NCBI GenBank assembly: GCA_030390025.1
Contig: JASTWF010000323.1
Span: 372,001 to 436,000, forward strand
DNA length: 64,000 nucleotides
Direction of reading: 5' to 3'
DNA from: Squalus acanthias
Lineage: Eukaryota
Part shown: in pieces, positions 13,601 through 22,830 of the stretch
Position numbering within the stretch: the first letter of the stretch is position 1
Layout: each line of letters starts with the position of its first letter
Translations under genes and position numbers: made by a program
The notes under the pieces: model-generated
Told to the model about the DNA's origin: nothing
What the model saw: the letters and a program-made list of their open reading frames with translations, nothing else
Databases searched by the model: none

Positions 13601-16600
13601 TGACAGGTGTGCGATATATTGACTGAGAGGTGTGGGACGCAGTAACTAAGGGGAGTGGGATTGGATGATTTTGCGTTTTATAAAGACTGGTGTCTGACAG
13701 TCTCCGGGCTCTGGTACACTCCTGATGACCTGTTCTGGTTGTCCCAGCTCTGCACTCTCCCATGCTTCTCTTACTTTATTGCAGATCCTGAGACATCCCC
13801 AACTCAGGAACCCGAGGAACAAACTAATCGCGAATCCGTTGATCGTTTATCCACTATTCCAGCCGTGTCTGCAGCCTCAGGTAACTGCCTTGTAGTTTCT
13901 ATTCTGCACAGATTGCTTAATAAATGTAGCTGCAGAAATCCTCACTCCTGACAATTCATCCATCTCTTACTGAGCGGATTCGGATGTAGTGACGCAGGGG
14001 TGCAGGATGAGCAGATTGTCGGAAGTGGGATGGTGACACTGAGCGGAGTGGGATGCAGTGAAGGGCGGAGTGTGATGCAGTGATCGACGGGAATATAATA
14101 TAGTGACTGAGGGGAGTGGGATGGAATGAATTATGGCAGTGGGTTGCAGTGACTGAGAGGAGTGCGCTGCAGTGACTGAGGCGAGTGGGCTGCAGTGACT
14201 GAGGCGAGTGGGCTGCAGTGACTGAGGGGAGTGGGCTGCAGTGACTGAGGCGAGTGGAATGCCGTGACTGAGGTAGGTGTGGGCTGCAGTGACTGAGGGG
14301 AGTGGGATAAAGTGACTGAGGGGAGTGGAATGCCGTGACTGACGGACGTGGGATATAATGGTTGATGGAGTGGAATTGGATTTTTCTGGGTTTTATAAAG
14401 ATATTCTCCGGACTCCAGTACCAGCCTAATGACCAGTTCTGATGTTGTCCACTCTGCACTCTCCCACGTCTCGCTCTCTTTATTACAGATCCAGAGACAT
14501 CCCCAACTCAGGAATCTGAGGAACATTCGACTCGTGAATCCGCTGACCGTACATCTACTATTCCAGCGGGGTATGCCACCTCAGGTATCTGTCTAGTGGG
14601 TTCCATTCTACACAGATTGCTCTCCAAATATAGCTGCTGAAATCCTCAGTCCTGACAATTCAGCCATCTCTTACTGAGCGGAGTGGGATGTAGTGACGGA
14701 GGGGTGCAGGATGAGCAGACTGTTTGAAGTGGGATGAAGATACTGAGCGAAGTGGGATGTAGTGACTGAGTGGTGCGGGACCAGGAGACTAAGGGGAGTT
14801 GGTTAAAAATTCTGAGTGGAGTGTGATGAGTTGTCTAAGGGAAGTGGTGTGAGGATTCTGAGGGGAGTACGATGAGCAGAGTGAGTGGATTGGAATTAGG
14901 AGTCTGAGGGGCGTAGAATGCAGTGTCTGAGGTGAGTGGGATGAGGAGTGCGAGGGGAGTTGGAGCACTGACTGAGAGGTGTGCGATGTATTAACTGGAT
15001 GGTGTCGGGATGGGGCGGCTGAGAGGATTGTGATGCTTTAACTGAGGAGATTGAAATGCAGTGAATGAGCGATATGGAATACAGAGACTGAGCGGCGTGA
15101 GATACTGTAACTGAGGGGAGAGGGATGCAGTAACTGAGGAGAGTGGGATGCAGTGACTGAGGGGAGTATGATGCAGTAACTGTGGGGAGTGGAAGGCAGT
15201 CACTTAGGGGAGTGTGATGCAGTAACTGAGGGGAGTGGGAGGCAGTTACTCAGCGTAATAGGATTGGATGCTTATGCGTTTTATAAAGACTGGTGTCTGA
15301 CATTTTCTGGGCTCTAGTACAAGCCTGATGACCTATTCTGTACTTCTCCACTCTGCACTCTCCCTTGTCTCTCTTCCTTTATTACAGATCCAAAGACATC
15401 CCCAACTCACGAACTCAATGATCAATCAACTCGCGAATCCGCTGACCGTACATCCACTATTCAAGTGGGGTCTGCAACTTCAGGTCTGGTTTTTGTGGGG
15501 TTCCTTCTACACAGACTGTTCACCCAATGTAACTGCTGAAATCCTTAGTCCCCCAGATTCATCCAGTCTATTACTGAGGGGAGTGGGATGCAATGACTGT
15601 GGGAAGTGGGATGAGGAGACTCAGGGGAGAGGGATGCAGTGACTGAGGGGGAGTACGTTTTCGTGACTTAGGGAGTTGGTTGTAGTGCAGCAGGTGCTGG
15701 ATGACTATCGGTTATTTAAAGTCTGGAGTCTGGCATTCTCCGGACTCTTGTATCAGCCTGATGACCTGTTCGGGTCATCCCCAGTCCTTCACTCTCCAAT
15801 GATTCGTGTCCTTTATTATAGATCAAGAGACAATCCTGACTCAAGAACCGGAGGAACAATCATCTCAAGAATCCAATGAGAAATCGTCCTCTATCCCAGC
15901 GGGGTCTACAGCCTCAGGTATCAGTCTGGCGGGGTTCCTTCAAAATGACAATTCACCCAATATGACTCCTGAAATGCTCATCCTGAGAATCACACAGTCT
16001 CGAATGAGACCTTTCTCAAAGAATAGATTTCCCGCACTATATACAAGCTTCCTCGGATTTATCATTTCAAATCAGGGTGCGCATTCAGGAAATGTGACAG
16101 AACCGGAAGTGACTGAGAGAAACAATGGTGGAGTCTGTGACCTTTGGGGAAGGGGCAGTACAGATGGAGCTTGTAATACCAGGAGGGTTTCTTTCAGACA
16201 TTGGGTGACTGAACTGGAGGCGTGGATTTAACAGCACAGAAGCAGTCCATTCGGCCCATCTGATCCATGCTAGTGTTTATGCACCATACAAGTCTCCTCC
16301 CACCCTACTTCATCTCACCCTATCAGCACAACTTCGTAGACATTTCTCCCTCACGAGTTTATCTAGCTTCCCCTTAAATACATCCATGATATTCGACTCA
16401 ACTACTCCTTGTAGCGAGTTTCACATGCTCACCCGTCTCTGGATAAAGGAGTTTCTCGTGAATTCACTTTAAGATATATTAGCGACTATCTTATGTTATT
16501 GACCCCTAATTTTGGATACCTCCACAAATGGAAACATCCTCACTAGGTCTACCTCTCAAAGCCTTCATAATTTTAAAGACTTCTATCATGTCCCCCCTCA

Positions 16601-19600
16601 GCCTTCTCTTGTCTAGATAAAGTAAGCCCCAGCTTTTTTAATCTTTCCTGATAGTTGTACCCCCTCAGTTCTCGGAACAGCCTTGGAAACCTGGTTGTTG
16701 CACTTTCTCCAGTGCCTCTATAACCTTGTTCATATTATGGAGACGTTAACTGTGCGTAGTACTCCAAATGTGATCTACCAATGGTATATGGAGATCAGAA
16801 CAGTGCACCATACTCCAATTGTGATCTAACCAAGGTATATGGAGACCAGAACAGTGCACACTGCTCCAAGTTTGGTCTAACTAAGCTAAAAGGAGAGTAG
16901 AACTGTGCATCCTACTCCAAGTATTGTATAACCAAAGTATATGGAGACCAGAACTGTGCACAATGCTCCAGGTGTGGTCTAACCAACGTATATGGAGATC
17001 AGAACTGAGCAGAGTACTCCAAGTTGGGCTTAACCAAGGTTCTATACAAATTTAACATTACTTCCCTGCTTTCCATTTCGATTATTCTAGAAATGAACCC
17101 CAGTGCTTTGTTTGAAATGCGATTTACAACACGGAATTAGAGCAGATATATTTGACTTGGACTAAACCTTGAACTAAGATCCATTGTTCCCACATCAAAA
17201 AATCTGAGACAGAGGCACCTTATGAAGGGACAGTTTCAAAATGAATGTCCCCAGACACAATCTGAGGGAATAAGTCCACCGGAAACATTCTTGATATGAC
17301 GATCCACGAACTGAGATGTTATATTTTGTGCATATGGATATTCGCATATTTAAGGCATGCTATGTTAACAGGAAACAAATTGGAGAATAGAAGGATCCCA
17401 TGATTGAGTGCTTGTCACTATGTGTTCCACATGGCAGTATCGGTAATAGGTTGTCAGCTTTTTCCTACCACTCTTTCTTGCTGTCTCTCTCTCTTCCTGG
17501 CTCTCTCTCTCTCTCTGTTTCTTTCTCACTCCCTCTCTTTCTCTCTCTGTCTCTCTTGATCATTATCTGTCTGTCACCCTCTGTCTATCTTTCTCTGTCT
17601 CTCTATCTCTCCCACTCCCTGTCTCTCCCTCTTTCTCGATTTATTTGTCTCTTTCTCTCTAGCTCAATCTCTCTCTCTTTCTGTCCATTTCTTTGTCTCT
17701 CTCCCTTCGTCTCTCTCTCTGTCTCTTTTTCTGTCTCTCTCTGTCTCCCTCTCTTTCGCAACCTATCTCGCTTTTTCTCACTTTCTCTCAATCTGTCTCC
17801 CTTTCTCCCCGTCTTTATCTTACGTTACCAGTCTTTATTTCTCTCCGTCATTCTCTGTCTCTCTCTGTGTATCAGTCGCTACCTTTCTCCCTCCTTGTCA
17901 CACTCTTTTTATCTCTCTCTCCCTGTATTTCTTTCTCTTTCCCCAGTCTCTCTCTCTCTCTCCATATAGGTATCTTTCTCTCTCTCTATCTATCTCTGTC
18001 TCTCCCACTCACTCATTCTGTTTCTCTCTCTTTTGTTCTCTCTCTCTGGCTCTCTGTCACTATCTTCACTCTTTCTCTCTCTGTTTCCAACTCTCTCTCT
18101 CTCTCTGTCTCTGTAACTCATTATCACTCTGTCTGTGTCTCTCTATATATTTACCTGCCTCTCTCTGCCTATTGATCCTTCAGTCCTGAATTGTCTCTTG
18201 TCTCTGTGCCCATCAGTTCAATGTCCGGCCCGGTGCTTTGAGAGACCCGGACCGAGCAGGAAGATCCACTCTTGATCCAGTGGTCTTTCTCCATCCTCCA
18301 ATTCCCATGTGGCTGATCTTTCATTACAGATTCGGGGAAGACGACACGTCCTGCAACCAAGGGAGAGTCGTCATCAGAAGCTGAGTGCAAACCTTCAGAG
18401 GAGGGACATTCAAGGCCAGGTATCAGTCGGCTTCTGGTAGGAACCATCCAATCAGACTCTCTCAGAGTCCACTCCCGGAAACATTCAGTCACTGACTCCA
18501 TCCTCGGACATTCAGTTATTGAACCTCCCAAATATCCTGCTTTATAATCTGACTGCTCAGTCCCAGTTATCAGGGCAAGTCTCTCCCAATATTAAAAACA
18601 TAGAATAGAACAGGCCATTCGGCCCAACTGGTCCATGCCAGTGTTTATACTCCATACCAGCCTCCTCCCACCTCTCTTCATCTAACCTCATCAACATATC
18701 CTTCTTTTCCCCTCTCCCATTGTGTTTATCTAGTTTCCCCTTAAATGCATCTTTACTATTCACCTCAACCATTCCCTTTCGTAGCGTGTTCCACATTCTT
18801 AACACTCTCTGGGTAAAGACATTTCTCCTGAATTCCCTATTGGATTTATTAGTCACTATCTTATATTTATGGCACCTAGTTTTGCACGGTCCCACAAATG
18901 GAAAAATCTTCTTTACATTTATCGTATCGAACCCTCTTCAGAATTTTAAAGATATTTACAAGCTAACCGCTCAGCCTGATCTTTTCTAGAGAAAAGAGCC
19001 CAGCCTGTTCAGTTTTTCTTTGAATTCCCTTCCCCTCCCCTTTACTGTGCTTCTATTGGCTCTCAGGAGTCAGGAGCCGGGGTTGGGGCTTCATTCACTG
19101 CCCCTCCCCAGTGCCCTGTGAATGAGGAGCTGTGGGGCTGCCTTCTCGAGCTGCTGTGGGGAATTGTGGTGTTCGGGTCAGGGGGGTGTTGTGAAAGCAG
19201 CGACTGGGCCTGGAATTGTTCGCACAGACCCACGTTCCCAGTTTCAGCTTCCAGAACAGAAGGTCCTCGGTTGGACCGGCACTCCGGGTTTGCCCCACTC
19301 CATGCCGCCTCCATGTAACCGGTTGATATATCTGCCTCTAAATCTGCCCGGGGGAGCTGGGGGCGGTTGGGCGTATCGGCTGAATGCTTGTCCTCTTAAT
19401 GTTCCAGGGGTACTGAAATTGTCGAAGGAGGAGTGGGAGAAGGTCAGTGCCGAGGTCCAGGTGATGTACATCGGCAAAAACAAACTGGAAACTCCCGCGG
19501 AAAAGGAAGTCTATCTCCGGCAGGTGAGGGATTTATTCTTCATTAATTCTCGGGGTGTGCCGGCACTGATAGACCAACCCCAGTTGGCACAGATTGACCA

Positions 19601-20290
19601 ACACCAGTTGGCATTGATTGAAAAACACCTTTCGGCATTGATTGATCATCCCTAGTTGGCATTGATTGACCAACCCCAGTTATTATTGATTGATCATCTC
19701 CAGATGGCATTGATTGACCATCCCTCGTTAGCATTGATTGACTAATCCCAGTTGGCATTGATTGACCATCACCAGTTCCGATTGATTGACCAGGCCCATT
19801 TGGACTGGTGTTGAGGGGAGGGGACTCCCCTGGTGTTAAGGGGAGTTGATTCCCCTGGACCTAAGGGGGAGGGAATCCTCTGGTGTTAAGGGGAGTGGAG
19901 TTACCTGGTGTTAAGGGGAGTGGAGTTCCCTGGTGTTAAGGGGAGGTGATTGCCCTGGACTTAAGCGGGGAGGGGGGGAATCCCCTGGTGTTAAGGGGAG
20001 TGGAGTCACCTGGTGTTAAGGGGAGGGAATTGCCCTGGTGTTCAGGGGAGGTGATTGCCCTGGTGTTAAGGGGGAGGGGATTCCCTGGTGTTAGGGACTC
20101 GGTGATGTTTCTTGAGAGCCCCTGTTGAGGTGCGGTTTAACTGCGTCCCCTCTCTATCGTGCCCCAACGTGTCATTCTCGCCAATTCCCAGGTACAAGAC
20201 ATGCTGAAAGACCACCTCCCGTACAAGAAATACACGCTGCAGTTTCACGGTGAAAAGGCGGATAAAGCTGGAAAGAAGAAACAGAAATGA
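1617..20290 (+). CDS. Multi-exon gene (5' end outside window): uromodulin/GP2-like D8C domain + exon-repeat mucin-like stalk + short C-terminal domain; about 405 aa encoded in window
   Basis: Exons 1617-1693, 1787-1951, 10747-10842, 12070-12165, 12979-13074, 13785-13880, 14489-14584, 15388-15483, 15822-15917, 18330-18419, 19408-19523, 20192-20290; all have AG/GT boundaries, compatible phases and no stops; the splice creates AYCT-DP as at the end of the uromodulin D8C domain. Confidence 0.8.
1787..1951 (+). CDS. D8C domain exon (GSHPTVGQGEVTRTVCFSWEVNPCHGTVEIKIKNCTSYFVYELKPTPGMNSAYCT)
   Basis: tttcag|GT...ACAG|gtacat, 165 nt, phase 1-1; aligns with uromodulin [56 protein letters not shown]. 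Confidence 0.9.
1965..3210. repeat. G-rich minisatellite, ~23-bp unit (aaaggtcaggaactcggggggc)
   Basis: Tandem degenerate copies; same unit as 8999-10110. Confidence 0.9.
3590..4048 (+). mobile_element. CR1 LINE 3' fragment
   Basis: DLIEVFKIMNGFDRV..TRGHRLKV..FTQRVV ORF2 C-terminus; attctatg tail. Confidence 0.85.
4440..7328 (+). mobile_element. CR1 LINE RT-to-3' fragment, split by a nested antisense CR1
   Basis: GVPQGSVLGPQLFTIYINDLD..FADV at 4465-4580 resumes at 6456 (VSCEEEARRLQRDIDRL); tail cctactcctgctcctatt at ~7300-7328. Confidence 0.85.
4585..6455 (-). mobile_element. CR1 LINE (5'-truncated, degenerate) nested in another CR1
   Basis: Minus ORFs 4662-5006, 5120-5368 and 6017-6337 are CR1 ORF2 segments; gtaa duplicated at 4581-4584 and 6456-6459. 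Confidence 0.85.
7395..8998 (+). mobile_element. CR1 LINE ORF2 (reverse transcriptase) fragment
   Basis: ORF 7821-8831 with NYRPVSLTS, YLDFQKGFDKIPH, GVPQGSVLGP, FADD; 3' end replaced by minisatellite. Confidence 0.9.
8999..10110. repeat. G-rich minisatellite, ~23-bp unit (aggtcaggaactcggg core)
   Basis: Same family as 1965-3210, degenerating rightwards. Confidence 0.85.
10747..10842 (+). CDS. Stalk exon 1 (DPKTVPNQEPEEHSTRESADRRSSIPLVSTAA)
   Basis: ttatag|AT...CAG|gtatct, 96 nt, phase 1-1, open. Confidence 0.85.
11030..11880. repeat. 23-bp minisatellite (tgatgtagtgaatgaggggagtg / gatgcagtgactgaggggagtgg) in stalk-exon intron
   Basis: Tandem copies; variants recur between the stalk cassettes up to ~15660. 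Confidence 0.9.
12070..12165 (+). CDS. Stalk exon 2 (DPETSPTQEPEEQSTRKSADRTSTTPAGSADS)
   Basis: ttgcag|AT...CAG|gtatct, 96 nt, open. Confidence 0.85.
12979..13074 (+). CDS. Stalk exon 3 (DPETFPTHELEDQSTRESAERSSSLPAASATS)
   Basis: ttacag|AT...CAG|gtatct, 96 nt, open. Confidence 0.85.
13785..13880 (+). CDS. Stalk exon 4 (DPETSPTQEPEEQTNRESVDRLSTIPAVSAAS)
   Basis: ttgcag|AT...CAG|gtaact, 96 nt, open. Confidence 0.85.
14489..14584 (+). CDS. Stalk exon 5 (DPETSPTQESEEHSTRESADRTSTIPAGYATS)
   Basis: ttacag|AT...CAG|gtatct, 96 nt, open. Confidence 0.85.
15388..15483 (+). CDS. Stalk exon 6 (DPKTSPTHELNDQSTRESADRTSTIQVGSATS)
   Basis: ttacag|AT...CAG|gtctgg, 96 nt, open; weaker donor. Confidence 0.8.
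15822..15917 (+). CDS. Stalk exon 7 (DQETILTQEPEEQSSQESNEKSSSIPAGSTAS)
   Basis: ttatag|AT...CAG|gtatca, 96 nt, open. Confidence 0.85.
16232..17110 (-). mobile_element. Old CR1 LINE 3' fragment containing an internal 51-bp x6 tandem amplification
   Basis: ccattcggcccatc tail motif at ~16250; 16736-17041 repeats the LVRPHLEYCVQFWSP-coding segment six times. Confidence 0.8.
17470..18170. repeat. (CT)n-rich low-complexity tract
   Basis: Degenerate ctctctgt repeats. Confidence 0.9.
18330..18419 (+). CDS. Diverged stalk exon 8 (DSGKTTRPATKGESSSEAECKPSEEGHSRP)
   Basis: attacag|AT...CAG|gtatcagtc, 90 nt, phase 1-1; donor context identical to stalk exon 7. Confidence 0.7.
18595..19020 (-). mobile_element. 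CR1 LINE 3' fragment
   Basis: Minus ORF KTRCHKYKI..FRRNVFTQRVLRMWNTL; tail catagaatagaacaggccattcggccc. Confidence 0.8.
19408..19523 (+). CDS. Penultimate coding exon (GVLKLSKEEWEKVSAEVQVMYIGKNKLETPAEKEVYLRQ)
   Basis: gttccag|GG...CAG|gtgagg, phase 1 to 0, open, non-repetitive protein-like sequence. Confidence 0.75.
19560..19800. repeat. 24-bp minisatellite (ccagttggcattgattgaccaacc)
   Basis: About 10 tandem copies in an intron. Confidence 0.85.
19805..20095. repeat. 25-bp minisatellite (tggtgttaaggggagtggagttccc)
   Basis: Tandem copies in an intron. Confidence 0.85.
20192..20290 (+). CDS. Terminal coding exon (VQDMLKDHLPYKKYTLQFHGEKADKAGKKKQK*)
   Basis: ttcccag|GTA..., phase 0, TGA at 20288-20290. 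Confidence 0.75.
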   Translation, partial: VQDMLKDHLPYKKYTLQFHGEKADKAGKKKQK

Positions 20291-20649
20291 CCTGGGATGT
20301 GTGTGGTGGGGGTTTGGGGTGCGTGGGTTCAGGTGATGAGGTGGGGGTGGGATGAGTGGGGTGAGAGGAGGGTTGGAATGAGTAGGGTCAGGCGGTGGGG
20401 TCAGTGAGGTCAGGGAATGTGGTCAGGAGGTGGGGTGAGTTGGGTTCAGGGGGTGGGCTGAGTGCGGTGTGTGGGATGAGTTGGGTGAGGGAGTAAGTGG
20501 GGTGAGGGGGTTGGCTGAGTGGGGTGTGTGGAGAGGGGCGATGTGAGTGTGTGAGTGGGGTGAGGTTGTGGGCTGAGTGGGTTGTGTGATGTGGGGTGTA
20601 TCTCATTGAATTGTTCCCAATGGACAGTGTCCAGGAGCGGTGGGGTGCG

Positions 20650-21075
20650 GTGTTTAAAAGGGATTTAAAATCGGGCAAAGGGTGTCTAAAAGCAGTTTAA
20701 TAAGGAGATTAAAAGTTGTTTAAAAAGAGTTTAATAAGGGGTTTTAAAGGTTTTTAAAAGGTGTTTATCAAAGGGTTTAGAAGCTGTTTAAATGCAGTTT
20801 AATAAGGGGCTAAACTGGTTTTTAAAATGAATTTCTTTATCGGTTTAGAAGCTGTTTGAACGGAATTTAATAAGGTGTTTCTAAGGTTTTTAAAAGGAGT
20901 TTAATTAAGGAGTTTAGATGATGTTTAAAAGGAGTTTAATAATGGGTTTAAAGGGTGTTTAATGTAGGATTTATATGCGTTTAAAATGTTTTTAAGGGGA
21001 TTTTAAAGGTTTTTAAATGGGTTTCAAAAAGTCTGTAAACGTGGTTTTGAAAAGGTTTTCTTAGGAAAGGGTTAA
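20650..21075. repeat. Degenerate tttaaaagg/tttaataagg-rich tandem repeat
   Basis: Recurrent gtttaataagggg and tttaaaaggag motifs. Confidence 0.6.
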
Positions 21076-21274
21076 TCAGATTGCCCTGAGGTGTGTGAAT
21101 GTAATACTGGTGATGGGGTTACTTTGTATTGTAGTAATGTCAGCTTTGAGCCTTTGTTTGTTGAGTAGGGAAGTAAGATTCTTCAGTGGGAATATCTTCA
21201 CACAGTGAGAAACAGACGGCAATTCGAAGGTTGTAACCACCTGTTTAATGAGAGAAGTTAATCGGAGACACAGA

Positions 21275-21442
21275 AAGATAGAAAGAAAGACTTGTATCTG
21301 TATCGTGCCTCAGGATGTCCAAAGCGCTTTACAGCCAATGAAGTACTTTTTGAAGTGTAGTCACAGTTGTAATGTAGGAAACACAGCAGCCCAATTACAC
21401 ACAGCAAGCTCCCACCAACAGCGATGTGTAAATGACCAGATA
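21275..21442 (-). mobile_element. Deu-domain SINE (SacSINE1/AmnSINE1-like) 3' part
   Basis: Minus strand ttatctggtcatt..gtgggagcttgctgtg..tttcctacattacaac..cacttcaaaaagtacttcattggctgtaaagcgctttgg..gtctttctttct matches the recalled DeuSINE consensus. Confidence 0.7.
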
Positions 21443-21490
21443 AGAGGGGAGAGAAAGATCCCACTCATTAGAACGGAGGCCTTGAAGCCT

Positions 21491-21890
21491 TACAACAACA
21501 ACTTGCATTTATACAGCGCCTTTAACGTAGCAAAACGTCCCAAGGTGCTTCACAGGAGCCGAAATCAAGCACAATTTGATACCGAGCCACATAAGGAGAT
21601 ATTAGGACAGGTTTTACCGAACAACTTACAGGAGGAGATGTGAAGAGGTTTAGGGAGGGAATTGCAGAGCTTAGGGCCGAGGCAGCTGAGGGCACGGCCG
21701 CCAATGGTGGAGTGGTTCAAATTGGGGGGTGCGTAAGAGGACAGAAATGGAGGAATGCAGCGATCTCGGAGGGGCTGGAAGAAGTTACAGAGAAAGTGAG
21801 GGGTCGAGGACATGGAGGGATTTTCAAACAAGGTTGAGTTTTTTTTTGAATCAAGCCGTTGCTGGACCGGGAGCCAATGTAGATCAGATA
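21491..21890 (-). mobile_element. L2-clade LINE 3' fragment
   Basis: Minus ORF LSDLHWLPVQQRLD...GGRALSCLGPKLCNSLPKPL; (ttg)n tail. Confidence 0.75.
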
Positions 21891-21899
21891 AGAACCTGC

Positions 21900-22331
21900 C
21901 TGAGAAATACCAGAGCCTGGAACCGGGCAATTAGGGAGGGTGAGTCAAGTAAAGAGAGTGAGAGATCTGTAGATACAAGGACATAATTTAAATCACTGTT
22001 CACTGAAACATTATCCAGGACACCTCTTGATGTACCTTTAAAACAGGCCAATTGTCATGTAGAAGGAGGAAGGAGAAGGTATAAAAAGTGGGTGCTGGAA
22101 CTAATACCTTGGATTCAGTTAAGATCTGATCAATCTGTATAGCGAGCTCGGGACTGTAACACGTTTGATTCTCAGGCTAAAACTCGCAAGGTTTTGTCGG
22201 AAGCTGTGGCTGTTGTGTACAATTATTTTATGTTTAATAAATGTGTGACATCTGACATTCAGTGTTGTTAATCCTATTGATTAAAAGAGTGAATTATAAG
22301 TAAGCACACACGCATTTACCCATTCGCTAAC
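21900..22331 (+). mobile_element. Candidate solo LTR (or 3' UTR end of the D8C gene)
   Basis: TATAAAA at ~22080, AATAAA at 22236, ends ...ctaaca at 22331 where a minisatellite starts; 5' boundary unclear. Confidence 0.3.
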
Positions 22332-22334
22332 ATA

Positions 22335-22830
22335 GGCGAACACCTCACTCCAGTCATTCAGTACCCAATCTGGGCCTACACTTAACTCAAGTCCCTCACA
22401 ACCCGATCTGGACCTACACCGGACTCCAATCCCTCAGTGCCTGATCTGGAATGATACCTCACTCCAGGCTCTCTCTACCCGGTCACGGGCCTACAACTGA
22501 CTCCAGGCGTTCTCTACAGGGTCTGGACTTACACCTGACTCCAATCCCTCACAACCTGATCTGGGTCGACACTAGACTCCAGTCCCGCACAACCCGGTCT
22601 GCGCCTACACCGGAATCCAGTCCCTCACTGCCCGGTCTGGATCTACACGAGACTCCAGATTCTCACTACCCGGTCGGGGTTACACCTCACTCCAGTCCCT
22701 CACTACCAAGTCTGTGGTTACCCTGACTCCAGTCCCACATTAACCGGTGTGGGCCTACACACGAATCCACTCCCTCAGTACCCACTCTGCGCCTGCACAT
22801 CACTCCAGTACCTTGGTACACGGTCTGACT
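22335..22830. repeat. ~38-bp minisatellite (tctggacctacacctgactccagtccctcacaacccgg)
   Basis: Degenerate tandem copies. Confidence 0.8.

Noticed and set aside
10623..16231. Stalk cassettes as single-exon ORFs or as a CRISPR-like repeat-spacer array
   Set aside because: ORF-track frames read through intron sequence; the conserved unit is a spliceosomal exon cassette and the spacers are minisatellites in a eukaryotic context with no cas genes
17400..18175. Leu/Ser-rich hydrophobic ORFs (also 46421-46828, 47966-49413)
   Set aside because: CT/GA microsatellite translations
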